From the NCBI RefSeq assembly GCF_009914755.1, contig NC_060936.1: DNA of 64,000 bases. One strand, 5' to 3'. The first letter of the stretch is position 1; every line of letters starts with the position of its first letter. This DNA comes from the human T2T-CHM13v2.0 reference genome, Homo sapiens. Position numbers and translations under genes: made by a program. Positions 43,303 to 60,342 of this stretch are shown here, piece by piece. Under the pieces are notes generated by a model. It saw nothing but the letters and a program-made list of their open reading frames with translations. It had not been told where the DNA came from and did no database searches.

Positions 43303-46300
43303 GTGAGGTGGCTTTGCTTTGCTTGGTCTTGAGGTTTTGTGGGCGTCTTTCTAAGTCTGCTCAGCAAGGGCGTCGTTGGGCAGTTTTTATCTTGGGCCTA
43401 CTTGCTGGACCTGTGGTAACAAGTAGGCTTTGGTATCTTTGTATATTTACTGAGTGTAGAATTACTACCCGGTGCCAGCCCGGGCTGCTTGGGGTCATCA
43501 GCCTTTCATTGACCACCCCCACAACAAAAATCACTATGAACTTGAGACTGTGTTCTAGCAACTTGTGAATGTGTAACCCAGTAGAAGGGCTGACTGTGCT
43601 TGAAACAGACAAGGATTTTAAGGTCAAAGGTAAATAAATGGCAAATGGACTTTTCTAGTTACTTATTGATATTTATTTACAGTTTATCTTTTGTATGTGT
43701 GGTTTAAGAATTGAATTCTGGAAAGATACCGGAATTGCATAAACACATTTCTTATGACCTGCGTATACACACTTTTTTCTGTAATTATTGTATTTACACT
43801 CTTTGGTGTTTTCTTATTCTTTGTGTCTAATATTTTTGTTCTGGCCTAAAGAATATGTTGACATTTAGATTCTCTGCCGCCACTTTCCTCCAGTAGGGAC
43901 AGAATAGTTGAACCCTTGAGAAATACAATCTGTACTTTTGATCCATAGTTTGCTTCTTCCGTTATTTATCTGGTTGTGGAAACATGGTTTAGTACCTTCC
44001 TCCTCTTTTTTTTTTTTTTTTTTTTGAGGCAGAGTCTCACTGTCGCCCAGGCTAGAGTGCAGTGGCGCAGTCATGGCTCACTTGAACCTTGACCTCTCCT
44101 GGCTTAGGTGATCCACCCCAGCCTCCTGAGTAGCTAGGACCACAGGTGGACGTCACCAGCTCCAGCTAATTTTTGTATTTTTTGTGGAGATGGGGTATCA
44201 CCATGTTGCCCAGGCTTACCAACTCCAGAACTCAAGCGATTTATTTATTTATTATTATTATTATGTTTTTTTTTTGAGACAGTCTCACTCCCTTACCCAA
44301 GCTGGAGTGCAGTGGTGCAATCTCGGCTCACTGCAACCTCCGCCTCCCTGGTGCATTCAATTCTCATGCCTCAGCCTCCTAAGCAGCTGAGATGACAGGC
44401 GCGCACCACCATGCCCAGCTAATTTTTGTATTTTTAGTAGAGACGGGCTTTTGCCAAGTTGTCCAGCCTGGTCTCGAACTCCACACCTCAAGCGATTCGC
44501 CCGCCTTGACCTCCCAAATTGCTAGGATTACAGGTGTAATCCTTTCCTAAAGAAAAAGAGTCATCTCTCCTGAAGAATAAGAAAAGGTAAAATTAATCTA
44601 GATACTTAGCATTTTCAAGTTATTTTCCCTGATTATAGATATAGTTCGCGCTCTTTATACAAATGCTGAAAATGCAGAAAAATGTCATAGGAATCAATGT
44701 ATGTTTTGGGAGGGTTTTTTTGTTTTAAAGATTTGTTTTCACCTATGGCTGAAACTTTTGAAAGCTTATATAAATGAAAGCTTATTTTTCTACTGTAGGA
44801 TGGAATAGTAAAAAGAGCACTAGACTATAGTGGTCAGAAGACCCCAAATCTGGTTCTGGCTCTGCTATTTAACTTTCTAATGTTGGTCAAATCAATACTA
44901 ATGTTTGTTTTAGTACTTTACGTTGATTTCACACAGATTTTCTTATTGGCATTCAGTAGAGCAGGTATTGATCATCATCGTTATCTTACAGATGAGGAAG
45001 CTGAAATAACCTTAGGTAAAATGATTTTTCCTAGGTTATATAGTAGAAAGTGGCAGCACTTGTGACACCAAATCCTGTCCTCTTGCCACTATTACATTGC
45101 CTTTTTGAACTTAAAAAAGATGTATAAAATGGGCCTAATCTTTCCCTTTCCTTGTGGGTTGATGTGTGAGGATTGAAGGTGATACATATATAAAAGCACC
45201 TTAAAAGTTATAAATTTTATATAAATATAGTCAGGAGTATTAGTATAGAAGGTACTACTGCTGGCCTGACGAGTTTCATTTTATTTCGTAAACTGCCCAA
45301 GGGTATTAATTTTCTCTAGAGAAACCATTGAATATTCTGATGCTCTAACTTCTGATTTTTTTTCCTTTACTACTTTGACCTGGTTGTAGAATCTGGTAGA
45401 AATGTCTTCTACCACTCTGTTTTGTTCCCCCAGAGTTTCTAACCAAACTGCATGCAGCCCTTCGTAGTTTTTATACACATTTTGTTTTCCAAAGATGGTG
45501 TTCGAGACCAAGGAGAGAAAGGCTGTCTCCTTGACTTAAAGGTTACCTAAGTGACCCCTTGAGGTAGGTTCCACTCTGAGCCAGCTGGGGAATGTTGATT
45601 TGAGGTTACAGCACTCTTGATCTGATAATAGGGTCTAAATTTGCTCTAGAGACTTTGTAGTGCTTAAATCTTGGGGATAGCTGAGCTGAACCAGATGCAA
45701 GCTCTGCCCTCAGGGTGAGAAGTTTCTGCACAATTAACTGGAATCCAAAACACGTGAAAAAGGAGCTTCACCAGTGAGGGTGAAGTGGGTATGCTGTTTG
45801 TCTTAATTTATGTGTGCTCCCCATTTGGGCTAAATATGGTGTTATTAGGGAGGGATTACTGGTTTATACTGGAAGAAGATTATGTATTTAGGATTTTGGG
45901 GCCTTCTTAGGATTCAGTATCTGTCAAACGTTATAGAGAGGGAGATGAAGTAGTGTCAACGTTTGGTACAAAAAATAATTTACTGAAGGCAGTAGGCATT
46001 TCATCTCCAGTTACTGGTTTGGTTTTGAGGCAGCCCCCTGGAGGAGATGGATTCAGTATTAGCTAATCCAGGGATTTGGGTCCAAGTTAAGGGAGAGGCG
46101 GGGACATCTAGGGTGTCCACCTGGGAAGATCAAAGCTTGGTCCTAGTTGAATGAAACAATTCCTTGGATGGTTCCGAAACTGAACTGACCTACCTCCTGG
46201 GAGTGGCAGGGAAAGCATCAAGCTTTTGCGCATTTACTTCATCAAATCCTTTACCATATCAGATTATCACTTAGTGGCTATTAGGCTGTCTCAAAATGTC

Positions 46301-46369
46301 CATGGCCCTGTGGGACAAGAGAGATAGTATAAATGTGCTAGAAGAAAGGTATGCCATTTAAACAAAAGT

Positions 46370-47341
<972 letters not shown>

Positions 47342-48314
47342 TGATCCGCCTGCCTCAGCCTCCCAAAGTGCTGGGATTACAGGCTAAAACTAGACTTTTA
47401 AAAGAGAATAATCTACTGAAGATATTGTAGTAATGAGTACACCAGTAATAACAATGTTAGTACACCAGTAATAACAATGGTTACCATGTATTGAACTCAT
47501 TCTATGTACAAAGAGCTATTTTAAGAACTTTATTTGTATTATCTCACCTAATCTGCAACCTTAGGAAATAAGGATTGTTATGTACTAGTATTTTACACAT
47601 GGTAGGTGAAACTGAAGTACAGTGAGGTTAAGTGCCAGCAGCTTGCTGCATGTCCCACTGCTAAGGAAATAACTAGGATTCAGAAGTAGCAGGCAGTCTT
47701 AACCACTATGCAGGGGACATGGTTATACAGTGTATGAACATTACTCAGTAGTAAAAACTAATGAATGGAAAGCTTTCTTGGCCAAAAACACAGAAGAAGA
47801 AGAAGAAGAAGAAAAAAAACTACTGACAAATTACTAACAGTTCTTCCCCCTCCTTTTTTTGTTTTTGTTTTTTTGAGACAGAGTCTGGCTCTGTCACCCA
47901 GGCTGGAGTGCAGTAGCGCAATCTCGGCTCACTGCAAACTCTGCCTCCTGGGTTCAAACGATTTTCCTTCCCTAGCCTCCTGAGTAGCTGGGATTACAGG
48001 CGCCCACCACCACATCTGGCTGATTTTTGTATTTTTTTACTAGAGACTGGGTGTCACCATGTTGGCCAGGTTGGTCTCGATCTCGTGACCTCAGGTGATC
48101 CACCCACTTAGGCATCCCAAAGTGCTGGGATTACAGGCATGAGCCACCGTGCCCAGCCCTTTCCCCTCTTTTAAACTATATGGGATTTTTCTTCTAAGTA
48201 TCAATTTGGTCCCTTCTAGATATGTGGGAACAAGGTTCAGGATGGTTGAATTTATACAACAGGAAGAAAGAACCATGTAATTGACAAACTAATTTTTTTG
48301 TTTTAATTTTATAA

Positions 48315-48695
<381 letters not shown>

Positions 48696-50359
48696 TAAAC
48701 TGATATTTAATTAAATGTGCGAACAGTGTTTCTTTGACTTGCTGTTTTAATGTTGCTGTACACACTGAGGCAAAGTCTGTCTTGGCTCCAGCATTGCATA
48801 GAACGCATACTAAATCCACGATAGTTTTGTTTTGCATAGCTTTTGGCTACTTCAGCATGTTTCATGTTCACTGTAGCTCCTAGGTGTGTGGGAATAGGAC
48901 TGAAGAGAATGGTTGTGTTTTTTTTAATTTTTAAATTTTTTTTACACGTAGTCTCGCACTGTCACCCATGGTGGAGGGCAATGGCGTGATCTCAGTTCAC
49001 TGCAACCTCCGCTTCCCTGGCTCAAGCGATTCTCCTGCCTCAGCCTCCTGAGTAGCTGGGACTATAGGTGCCCGCCATCACGCCCAGCTAATTTTTGTAT
49101 TTTTAGTAGAGACAGGGTTTCACCATGTTGGCCAGGCTGGTCTCCAACTCCTGACCTCATGATCTGCTTGCCTTTGCCTCCCAAAGTGCTGGGATTACAG
49201 GCGTGAGCCACCGCACCCAGCCTGTTTTTTTTTTGTTTTGTTTTGTTTTGTTTTTAATTTAAGGCTGGACCCTTGATAATAGTCTTTCATTTTAGGACAA
49301 GGGTAAGGGAGATACCTAGAACAAAACAAGGCATTTAACATGACCTAGATGTCCACTGCTAAGAATGCCTGTCTCCTCCTACCAGCCCCTGCTGTCCCTG
49401 TCTTCCCAAGCAAAAGCAGACCACAGGAATATCTAACTCAAACAATTGTGTTTACTTGAGTTTTTTCTTGGGAGAGCTATGTATTAAGCTCTTAGCTTTT
49501 TGTTTTTGCATGGCTCTGGCAGAGGAGGCTGGTCAGGGATACCACAGAATGATGACACTTCAGCAAAACTTTAGCAGTATGTGCATGACATGTTGACAGC
49601 TTCTGACAGGTTTTCCTCTCCTGGGATGAAGGCATAACAGGAGGCTCTGAATGAAATTAGAGGAATTTGGTTATGATTAACACCTGAACATTTACTTTTC
49701 AGTTACAAACGCAGTATAGGCAGATTTTCCACAACTCCAGGAGGCACTATCCACATTGTATTCTATGTAAATAACCCCTCCTCTTTATTTTAGAATTGAA
49801 TTAGTAAGTAATAGGCTTAGAGGTGTGAAAGGACTGCTGTATTGAATTTTTTAGCAGCTTGTAATGTACTTTTTTTCTTTATTGTGGTAAACTATAACAT
49901 TTTAATGTGTTTTTTTAAAACAAAGATTTTCATTTAACTGTGGGCTCCTCTGGAATGTTAGCGAGTTACTTGGTTAATGGTACTGAATATAATACTTCAA
50001 GCTCTTAAGAGCTGATTGCTCCTAGAATGGAAAATACTTGATATGAGAGCTGCTATTTTTGAGTTAAGTGCAACTTAATCTTGTTTGGCTGAGTTTGCAT
50101 ATCGGCCATTGAAATGTAGGTATCTTTTCTGAGCTTCGCTAGTTGAAGCTAAGATTGAAACTTGGTAAGTTTATTTTATCTGGCAAAACTTGTCAGAACA
50201 GTTTGATCTCATTACTTATCTGTATATTCTTGTCTATTTGGAACAGCTCTAGAGCAAACTATCATATTTCTTTGATTCTAAGACCTATGTATTCCCTCTC
50301 ACATTTTAACATTTCTGAAATTGTCATCTGTACATTGTGTCATATACATTAAATGTATA

Positions 50360-50896
<537 letters not shown>

Positions 50897-53514
50897 CTTT
50901 ACCAGGTTTCTTTTTTTTCTCCATAAAGCTAATAAAATTGCTGTGCCCTTTTGCGTCTATAATATTTGGTAGTTACATGTTTTGTTTTAAATTTTGAAAT
51001 ACTGATATTGAAAAACAGAAGTTTTAGTTATTTTTTAATGATTTCAAACCACAAGCTTCTATTAAATCAAAGTGAAATTGCCGTTTGACATCTCATCCCC
51101 CTGCCCCAACCCACACAGCCTTTGATGGTTTTGGTTTTTCCATCAACAGTTGTTAAGAGAGAACCAGAAAGAGGCAGTCAGTACCCCCTGGGAAACGTCA
51201 GAGAAGTATCTGAGAAAGGGGAGTTTCTGCCATTCTCCCCTCGAACAGATTCCGCCAAGCAGGGTCTGGTTACATGAGCATTGCCTCTTTCTTAGAATCC
51301 CCTGGGCGTTTGAGGATCCACCCCGCTCCATCCCTTACCTTTCTTTAATTCTTGTAATTGGAAGCAAGAGGTTCTTTAGCATTGCTGTTGTGAATACTGA
51401 GAAACTTGGCTCTGAAAGTTGCTTCAGTATTATTGTAAGTGCTGTCTAGGGATGTCATTAGGGGTGTTAATGGGAAACCTTAAACAAAGACACTTTCCAG
51501 GTGCTGAATTCTGCCATGCTGTAAGTGTGCTCTCTAGAGGACATAGTCATATTCATCTTGGTTATGGAAGGCTGTGGTTGGCCTTGTAACAACCTGCAAT
51601 AATTGCACCATCTAGATCAAGAGGGCCCAGATCCGTGTGACTCAGAGGAGAGAGCAACAACCTTAGTAGGTTCTGCAGCTTCTCACTGTATCTGTCCTTA
51701 AGAACAGAATTAACAAAAGTTCTGAGGTGAGTAGTGATGTTAATGAGAGAAGGAAAGAAGAAACCAGAGAAAGCAAGCCAGCCATTGTGATTGTTTCATT
51801 TGTGGGAGAGAGCCTCAGGAAGCAGATGATGTTTATATCTTTCCACTGGCCCAGGATTCCTTAGGAAATTTGTTTGGGGACTGTAACTTTTATTATTACC
51901 TAGATGAATTGTTCTGAGTGTTGGGCTGGGTGCTGATTAGAGTGCTTCATTCAGTAGGTGGCGTTTCACACAACTTTATGTTTGAATCCCTTCCTCCCTG
52001 CCCCTCCTTTTCTGGTAGATTTAAAATGGATGGGCATTATGGCCCTGATAGGAGTTTGGAGGATTTATATTTAGAAGAGATGAAAGTTCTTGACTGGATC
52101 TTTAGTACTGTAGATTGAACACGTTTACTTAGGATTGCATGTGAAATAGGGGAGGGAGCAAAACTTAAGAACTTGACTTTATGGTGTTGATATGATCTAA
52201 CCTGGATATAGTTCAGTTTAAAAATGCCCTTTTTGACATTGGGACAGTTGGCAAAAATCTGAATAAGGTCTGCAGATTAGAAATAGTATTGCATTAGTAT
52301 TAATATCCTGATTTTGATCATTGCTTTCAGGATATACACACTGAAGTGTTTAGGAGCACTGTGTCTGTATGGTTAGGGAAAAAATATTTTTACATCTGTC
52401 TATATATTGCTATATAGAAAGAAGATGAAGCAAATGTGAAATATTAGCATTTAGGAAATCTGGGTGAAGGTTGTACAGGAATTCTTTGTACTGTTCTAAC
52501 CTTTCTGTAGGAAAGGTTCTGAAACTGTCAAAAAAATACCCCCCAAAAAATCCTCCTTTCTGCATAAATTCCTTTTTTATGGAGGTAGGAACCTCTCTTT
52601 TTTTAAAATTGTGAGTCCTTTTCAGTTCAGTTCTTAAATGTGTTAGGTTAAGAAAATTTGATACGCATATATTTAAAATGCAAGTCTTAATGCCAGACCC
52701 AGCTTTATAGTTTTTGTTTGTTTTGTTAAGACTAGTCAAAGTTTTGTTTTTTATCTTTGAGGTGCTGCTAGTGAGATAATTTTTTTTTTTTTTTTTTTTT
52801 TTGAGATGGACTCTTGCCCTGTTGCCCAGGCTGGAGTGCAGTGGCGTGTCTTGGCTCACTGCAGCCTCTGCCTCCCAGGTTCAAGCAATTCTTCTGTCTT
52901 AGGCTCCTGAGTAGCTGGGATTACAGGTGTGTGCCAACACACCCAGCTAATTTTTGTATTTTTAGTAGAGACAGGGTTTCACCATGTTGGCCAGGCTGGT
53001 CTCGAACTCCTGACCTCAGGTGATCCGCCCACCTCAGCCTCTCAGAAGTGCTGGGATTATAGGCCTCAGTGAGCCACTATGCCCAGCCAAGGGAATTCTT
53101 TAGCATCTTGAAACAATGACATAAAATTGCTTTATGTGCCAATGTCTAGGTTCCTTTAACTAGATTGTTAATTGAGAATTTCTTTTATAAACTTACTGCC
53201 TTTTAAAGTGGCAAATCACCTGAAAGAATAGAAATCAGATGATAGTAACAAAATAGTTTGAGGGAGAAGAAGATGCATTCAATTCCTCTGTCGTCTTTAA
53301 GATGGTTGACTATGATTGCAAATATATTGTAGGACACATAAAAATAAAAATGGTTGTGTTAGGGCTGTAGAATTTTAGGCAAGTTTTCATCTTTCTGAAC
53401 TTACATGTTGCTTTTTTTTTTTTTTATAAGCTGTTCGTGTGATTCTGTATGACTTAATGACTCTAACCTTTCTTTATTCTGCAGAGTGGAGACTGCTGCA
53501 CGGACTCTGGAACC

Positions 53515-53570
53515 ATGAACATATTTGATCGAAAGATCAACTTTGATGCGCTTTTAAAATTTTCTCATAT
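53515..53570 (+). CDS. TMBIM6: Bax inhibitor 1, exon 2 coding part (exon starts at 53485)
   Basis: Acceptor ttctgcag; ggaaccATG; MNIFDRKINFDALLKFSH; donor gtaagt. Confidence 0.97.
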
Positions 53571-53993
53571 GTAAGTGTTTTGACCTTGACTGGTTTTGTA
53601 CTGCATTTCTTTTCATATCTCTTTGTCCCTTTTCTGCATTTATAACTTTTGTGTGTATAAGCTAACAAATTAACTTGGCCAGAATCCAGAGGACCTGATG
53701 AAAATGTCCAGATTCTACACGTTGCTGTGTGGTTATTGGAAAGGCATTTATTCTAGTTTGGGTACTGATTATTCATAATTTTGGGCATTTGGTCTTCCTC
53801 AGCATTTAAGGTTCTGTTAACCTATTTTCAAAATATTATTTTTTATTGTAATATGCTTTCCTAAAAGTATTTCAAACTATTTGTAACAGAACTTTTACAT
53901 ATTCCCAGGAAGGGAAAGAGAGAAATGATTCTTCTTAGCTTAAATATGAGATTGATCTGGGACTGATTGCTCTTATTCACATTCTTTTCTTAG

Positions 53994-54102
53994 AACCCCG
54001 TCAACGCAGCAGCACCTGAAGAAGGTCTATGCAAGTTTTGCCCTTTGTATGTTTGTGGCGGCTGCAGGGGCCTATGTCCATATGGTCACTCATTTCATTC
54101 AG
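53994..54102 (+). CDS. TMBIM6: Bax inhibitor 1, exon 3
   Basis: [37 protein letters not shown]; AG/GT boundaries, phase consistent. Confidence 0.97.
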
Positions 54103-54857
54103 GTAAGAACGATTTTCTCTCCTGGTTGCTGTGGTACAAATTACATTAGGAAAAAACCAGCTCAGCAAGGTGGTCCAAGGGACCCTGTTCCTCTCTTTAA
54201 TCTTTATCAGTAGTTTAGGATTTAAACTCAGACATTAAATCAGGACATGTAAAGCCATTTTAATTTTCTGGCAACTGTGCCCCCTCTAGATACCGAAAAA
54301 CAGAATGCCTTAACCTTGGCACTGAATGGTGTGCTGCTGACGTACAAGACCCCCACCCACTGAGTAGGCGCATGGCATGCATGCTGGGATTCTTTGGCAC
54401 AGAAGCTTTTTTATCTTTTCCTCCATTCTTCCTTTACAAAACTCTGATTGTGTGATTAACTATCAGGAGAGGCAGGATTGAGATCTTTTTAAGGAATTGA
54501 CCTGTTTTATTTTCCGATAACTGTTGTCTGCATGGTTGGGTAAAAACCTTCAACAATTTGTTTTCCTGTATTGAGAGAGAATCTGGGTTTGGTCAGCAGG
54601 AGTAGAAGGTACAGTTTGAGGAATAACCAGAAAGTTTGAAGACTCCCTAACATAGTCTTGTGCCTTTGTAGAGTATTCCTTTTAGCATAAATGTAGAGGT
54701 GGGCCTCTGTTGGCATTTGCCACTGTTGAGAACTATCCTTATGTTCAGGCATCTCCTGGCAGGGATTGTGTGAAAAATTACTTTAGACACTCAAAGGATA
54801 GGGCTTTGATCGCTTGAGTTTTAGGCAAGGTTAGCCCTTAAATAATTTAGTAAAATA

Positions 54858-55672
54858 CAGTCAATCCTTGTTATTCACAGACTCTATATTTGTGAATTCA
54901 CCTACTCATTAAAATTTGTAACCCCAAAATCAATACTCATGGCACTTTTTTTTTTTTTTTTGAGACAGAGTCTCGCTCTGTTACTCATGGCACTTTTTGC
55001 AGACAGTCACAGAGTGGTGAAAAAGTTGAGTCACCCTGCTGTTGCAGTGTTTTCAGCTGAGGTTGAACAAGACAGTGCTCTGCCTTCTTGTTTCAGTTCT
55101 CGTATTGTAAACAAATGTTCTTTTCATGGTCATTTAGTGCCACTTCCTTTGTATTTTTGTGCTTTTAATTGGTGATTTTGCTGGGTTTTTTGAGTGGAGG
55201 TCTTGTGGTGTCGTCCTGACTGGTCTCAAACTCCTGGGCTCAATTGATCCTCGCACCTCAGCCTCCCAAGTAGCTGGGAATACAAGCACATGCCACCATG
55301 CTTGGCTTAATTTTGCTGTTCAGAATGCAAACAGCATAGTGCTGAAGTGCTGTCTAGTATTCCTGAGTGCAGAAAGACCGTAATGTGCCTTATGAAGAAA
55401 ATGTGTATATTAGATAAGCTTCATTCCGGCATGAGTTGTACTGCTGTTGTAACTGTGAGTTCAATGTTAAGGAATCAAAAATAATGTCAAATGAGGTGTC
55501 CTTAAACAGAAACACATATAAAAGCAAGGTATCTATTGATCATTTGATGAAAATGTTGTGACCTTAGGCTTGCAGGAACCTACCTACCTTTTATTTCCCT
55601 CAGGAACAAGGGTTTACTAATTCATTGTCCACTGTGATTTTATAACATAAACACTGAATAATGAGAATCAAC
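54858..55672 (+). mobile_element. MER82-like (Tigger) DNA transposon containing a 20-bp Alu remnant and a monomeric Alu fragment
   Basis: cagtcaatccttgttattcac...aaccccaaaatcaatactc...cagctgaggttgaacaag...aataatgagaatcaact (terminal inverted similarity). Confidence 0.65.
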
Positions 55673-56655
55673 TTCTTCCTTTAAAGGAAGGAAGGAACTT
55701 CAGTGTCTACGTCCATCCTTAATGATTTCTCTTTTTTCTAATGCCTATAGTTTTTCCCACTTGGCGTTTTTAAAAAAAGAAACACTTTTTTCTTACTACA
55801 AAGCTAATATGTGTTCATTTTAGAAAATTCAGAAAACAGACTAGCAATGAGAAGGAAGTATTTTAGAAACTTCCATAATCCCATCATCCAGAAATAACTA
55901 CTGTTAACATTTTAGTACTTTGCAGTCTTCTGTATATGTATGTGTCTTGGTGTTTTGGTGTTTGGGGGTTTTGTTTGTTGGTTTTTGTTTTTTTGAGACG
56001 GAGTTTCACTCTTGTTGCCCAGGCTGAAGTGCAATGGCGTGATCTTGGCTTACTGCAACCTCTGCCTCCCTGGGTTCAAGCAATTCTCTTGCCTCAGCCT
56101 CCTGAGTAGCTGGGATTACAGGCGTGTGCCACCATGCCTGGCTAATTTTGTATTTTTAGTAGAGACGGGGTTTCTCCATGTTGGTCAGGCTGGTCTCGAA
56201 CTCCTGATCTCAGGTGATTTGCCCACCTCGGCCTCCCAAAGTGCTGGGATTACAGGCGTGAGCCACCATGTTTTTTTTAAAGTGACCAAAGGGGGATCAT
56301 TTCTATTTGTTCTACAGATGGAATGTACTTTAAGCACTTGTCACGTTTCATTCATCCTTTCTATTTTTTGGGCAAGACTCACTCATAGTTTGACTTGGGT
56401 AGTTGTACTGTAGTTGAAGGACTACGCAAGCCAGAAGAGCCTCCAGCATCCACCATGGTCCTAACTCTGTGCTTCAAGGCTTCTGGGTTATCTCCTCAGC
56501 CCCATCCCTGAGAAAACACTACTTTTTCTCCTGCCTCCAGGTTATAAGCAAATGTTAGGAAGTTCAGACGAGTGTTTGAACCCAATAAAGGTCTCTTGCA
56601 AAATAAATTTGAAACTTTCAAGTGTTTAATGATTGATTGATTCTGACTCTAACAG

Positions 56656-56776
56656 GCTGGCCTGCTGTCTGCCTTGGGCTCCCTGATATTGATGATTTGG
56701 CTGATGGCAACACCTCATAGCCATGAAACTGAACAGAAAAGACTGGGACTTCTTGCTGGATTTGCATTCCTTACAG
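56656..56776 (+). CDS. TMBIM6: Bax inhibitor 1, exon 4
   Basis: [40 protein letters not shown]; aacag / gtacgt. Confidence 0.97.
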
Positions 56777-56849
56777 GTACGTTAAGGGATTTGTCTAATT
56801 TTGAGGGGTGAGCTATATTTTCAGTATCTCTTAATTAGTTCCCCCCCCT

Positions 56850-58190
<1,341 letters not shown>

Positions 58191-59247
58191 CTGGCCTGCT
58201 TTCTAATCTCATATAGGTTCATTTTGTTTCCCCATCCATTAGGGGAAGCTCTGTGAGTAGCCACTGTGACTCTACTTTTGTGTCCAAAAATAGCCATTGT
58301 GTACTTGAATGAATGAGGTTCAAGAGCTTAGGTAGCATAACCTATTAATAGTAGGCATAGAACTTTTAATAAACTAGACTTGAGAATCCGACATAGTTGC
58401 ACCCATACTGGCAATTATCATAGGAGCTTCTGTTCTGAGTCTTACAGACAGTGCATTAAAGCTATACATTGAGATCTATTGTGCAGGACACTTTGCTGAT
58501 TCTCAAAAAAAGAAAGGCACAGCTCTTCTAGAATTGTCATAAAGGAAACAAGACTCAAGCTATGTAATAAAAATGTTTGCAAAACATTTGAATTAGAACA
58601 GCTTGTTCTGAGTGACAGTCTAATATACGTAGGAGAAATTTTAGAAAGGAAGAGATTTAGGGATTAAAATTTTTGCATCAGGGCAAGCTAGTTTTTGAAG
58701 GCATTAAGGGGTGGAATTATCAGAAGGAAAGAGGAAAGTAATTAGAACGAAAGAAATGTTAGAGCTGGAACAGGTTGCCCTCCTGTTGGCAGGTGTCCAC
58801 CTGCAGAACCAGTCTCACCTTTCTTTGCTACAAAGGGGAGTCAGTCCTACATGACTATAAGGTTGCTGGCCACGAGGCACTGTTTTGCTCTTTATCCTTT
58901 TTTTCTAATTCCTGATCTGGCCTATATTACCATCTTACATCACTCTAGCTCTGAAATGTTTGGCATGCCTACTTTATTTTCTTCTAATCTCTGTACCCTC
59001 CCTGAGGTCATCCATGATTTTCAGCTAAGAGGACAATTTTGCAGCTATTTCTATAAAAAAAAAAAAAACAACGCAGTCAGGTATACATTTTATTGAAAAC
59101 AATTACAGCGGAGGGGAGAGAGATTTAATTCTTTAGTCCACGTTTGTTAAGAGCATGAGTATGCCTATATTTCGGGATCAGCTTTTGGATGAGGATCCTA
59201 TTCAAGAATTGATCGTAATACTGTGTTCTGGGTTTTCTGTTTTCTAG

Positions 59248-59296
59248 GAGTTGGCCTGGGCCCTGCCCTGGAGTTTTGTATTGCTGTCAACCCCAG
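59248..59296 (+). CDS. TMBIM6: Bax inhibitor 1, exon 5
   Basis: GVGLGPALEFCIAVNP; ttctag / gtaact. Confidence 0.97.
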
Positions 59297-59403
59297 GTAA
59301 CTCTTTTGGTAGTGTCTTATGTGCTTTTATCTTTATGAATATACCTTCTAAATGTAGACCGTATACCTGTAGCCCTTAATCTAATGGTCTTTTTTTCTAA
59401 CAG

Positions 59404-59501
59404 CATCCTTCCCACTGCTTTCATGGGCACGGCAATGATCTTTACCTGCTTCACCCTCAGTGCACTCTATGCCAGGCGCCGTAGCTACCTCTTTCTGGGA
59501 G
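59404..59501 (+). CDS. TMBIM6: Bax inhibitor 1, exon 6
   Basis: [33 protein letters not shown]; aacag / gtaagt. Confidence 0.97.
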
Positions 59502-59703
59502 GTAAGTGTGAACTGGGAAACAGGGAATGGGGGCTCCTTTTTAGCCAGAATTCTCACTAGTACTCCTTCCTTACCCCTAACTCCTTTGCGACTATTGAGT
59601 TGAGATTAACCTTCATTCTGGGGGAAGTTAAGGAATGGCTTTAATGGGATTGCTTTACTTTGCCTTGGCTTCTCTCAAGACAGCTTTTTGCTGTGTCTTA
59701 TAG

Positions 59704-59783
59704 GTATCTTGATGTCAGCCCTGAGCTTGTTGCTTTTGTCTTCCCTGGGGAATGTTTTCTTTGGATCCATTTGGCTTTTCCAG
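59704..59783 (+). CDS. TMBIM6: Bax inhibitor 1, exon 7
   Basis: [27 protein letters not shown]; tatag / gtaaga. Confidence 0.97.
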
Positions 59784-60241
59784 GTAAGACTTAGCCTGGA
59801 ACTTTCCAGCAGCCATTTGCCTCACACTTCTTTCTTTCCTTTTTTTTTTTTTTTTGCACTTCTTTCTGTACTACTTTGGGCAGTGCTCTCTAAGCCTTCC
59901 CATTATCCTTCATAGGATGGAGCCTTCTGCCACAAGTGAAAACAGGCTGCACAAGGTTGGGCATTGCTAAGAGAAAATGGTTTGCTCAGACACCATTTGT
60001 GTAAGGCCAGTCTGGCAGTGGCTGATTGTTAAAATGATTGAAACTCTTCCAGTGACCAGTGCAGTATTGTGCCTAGGGAAGTAAAGTGGTCTTCACCCTA
60101 GGCTGCAGTTCTCGTGAATGGTAATGTTCATAGGGTTCACATTTGATGTACTTTCAAGTGACTATGAGCCAGAAAGTATGGCTGGTTTTTTTTTCTCTGC
60201 AACTTCTGCTGTATAGTAACTTCATCTCTTACATTTGTTAG

Positions 60242-60342
60242 GCAAACCTGTATGTGGGACTGGTGGTCATGTGTGGCTTCGTCCTTTTTGATACTCAACT
60301 CATTATTGAAAAGGCCGAACATGGAGATCAAGATTATATCTG
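60242..60342 (+). CDS. TMBIM6: Bax inhibitor 1, exon 8
   Basis: [33 protein letters not shown](W); ttag / gtgagt. Confidence 0.97.

Larger units (their letters stand above)
42230..43400 (+). promoter_or_regulatory. TMBIM6 CpG-island promoter
   Basis: CCAAT boxes 42456-42460 and 42486-42490, GC box gggcgggg about 42516, kB-like GGGGTTTCCC 42520-42529, ETS cggaagtg about 42563. Confidence 0.85.
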
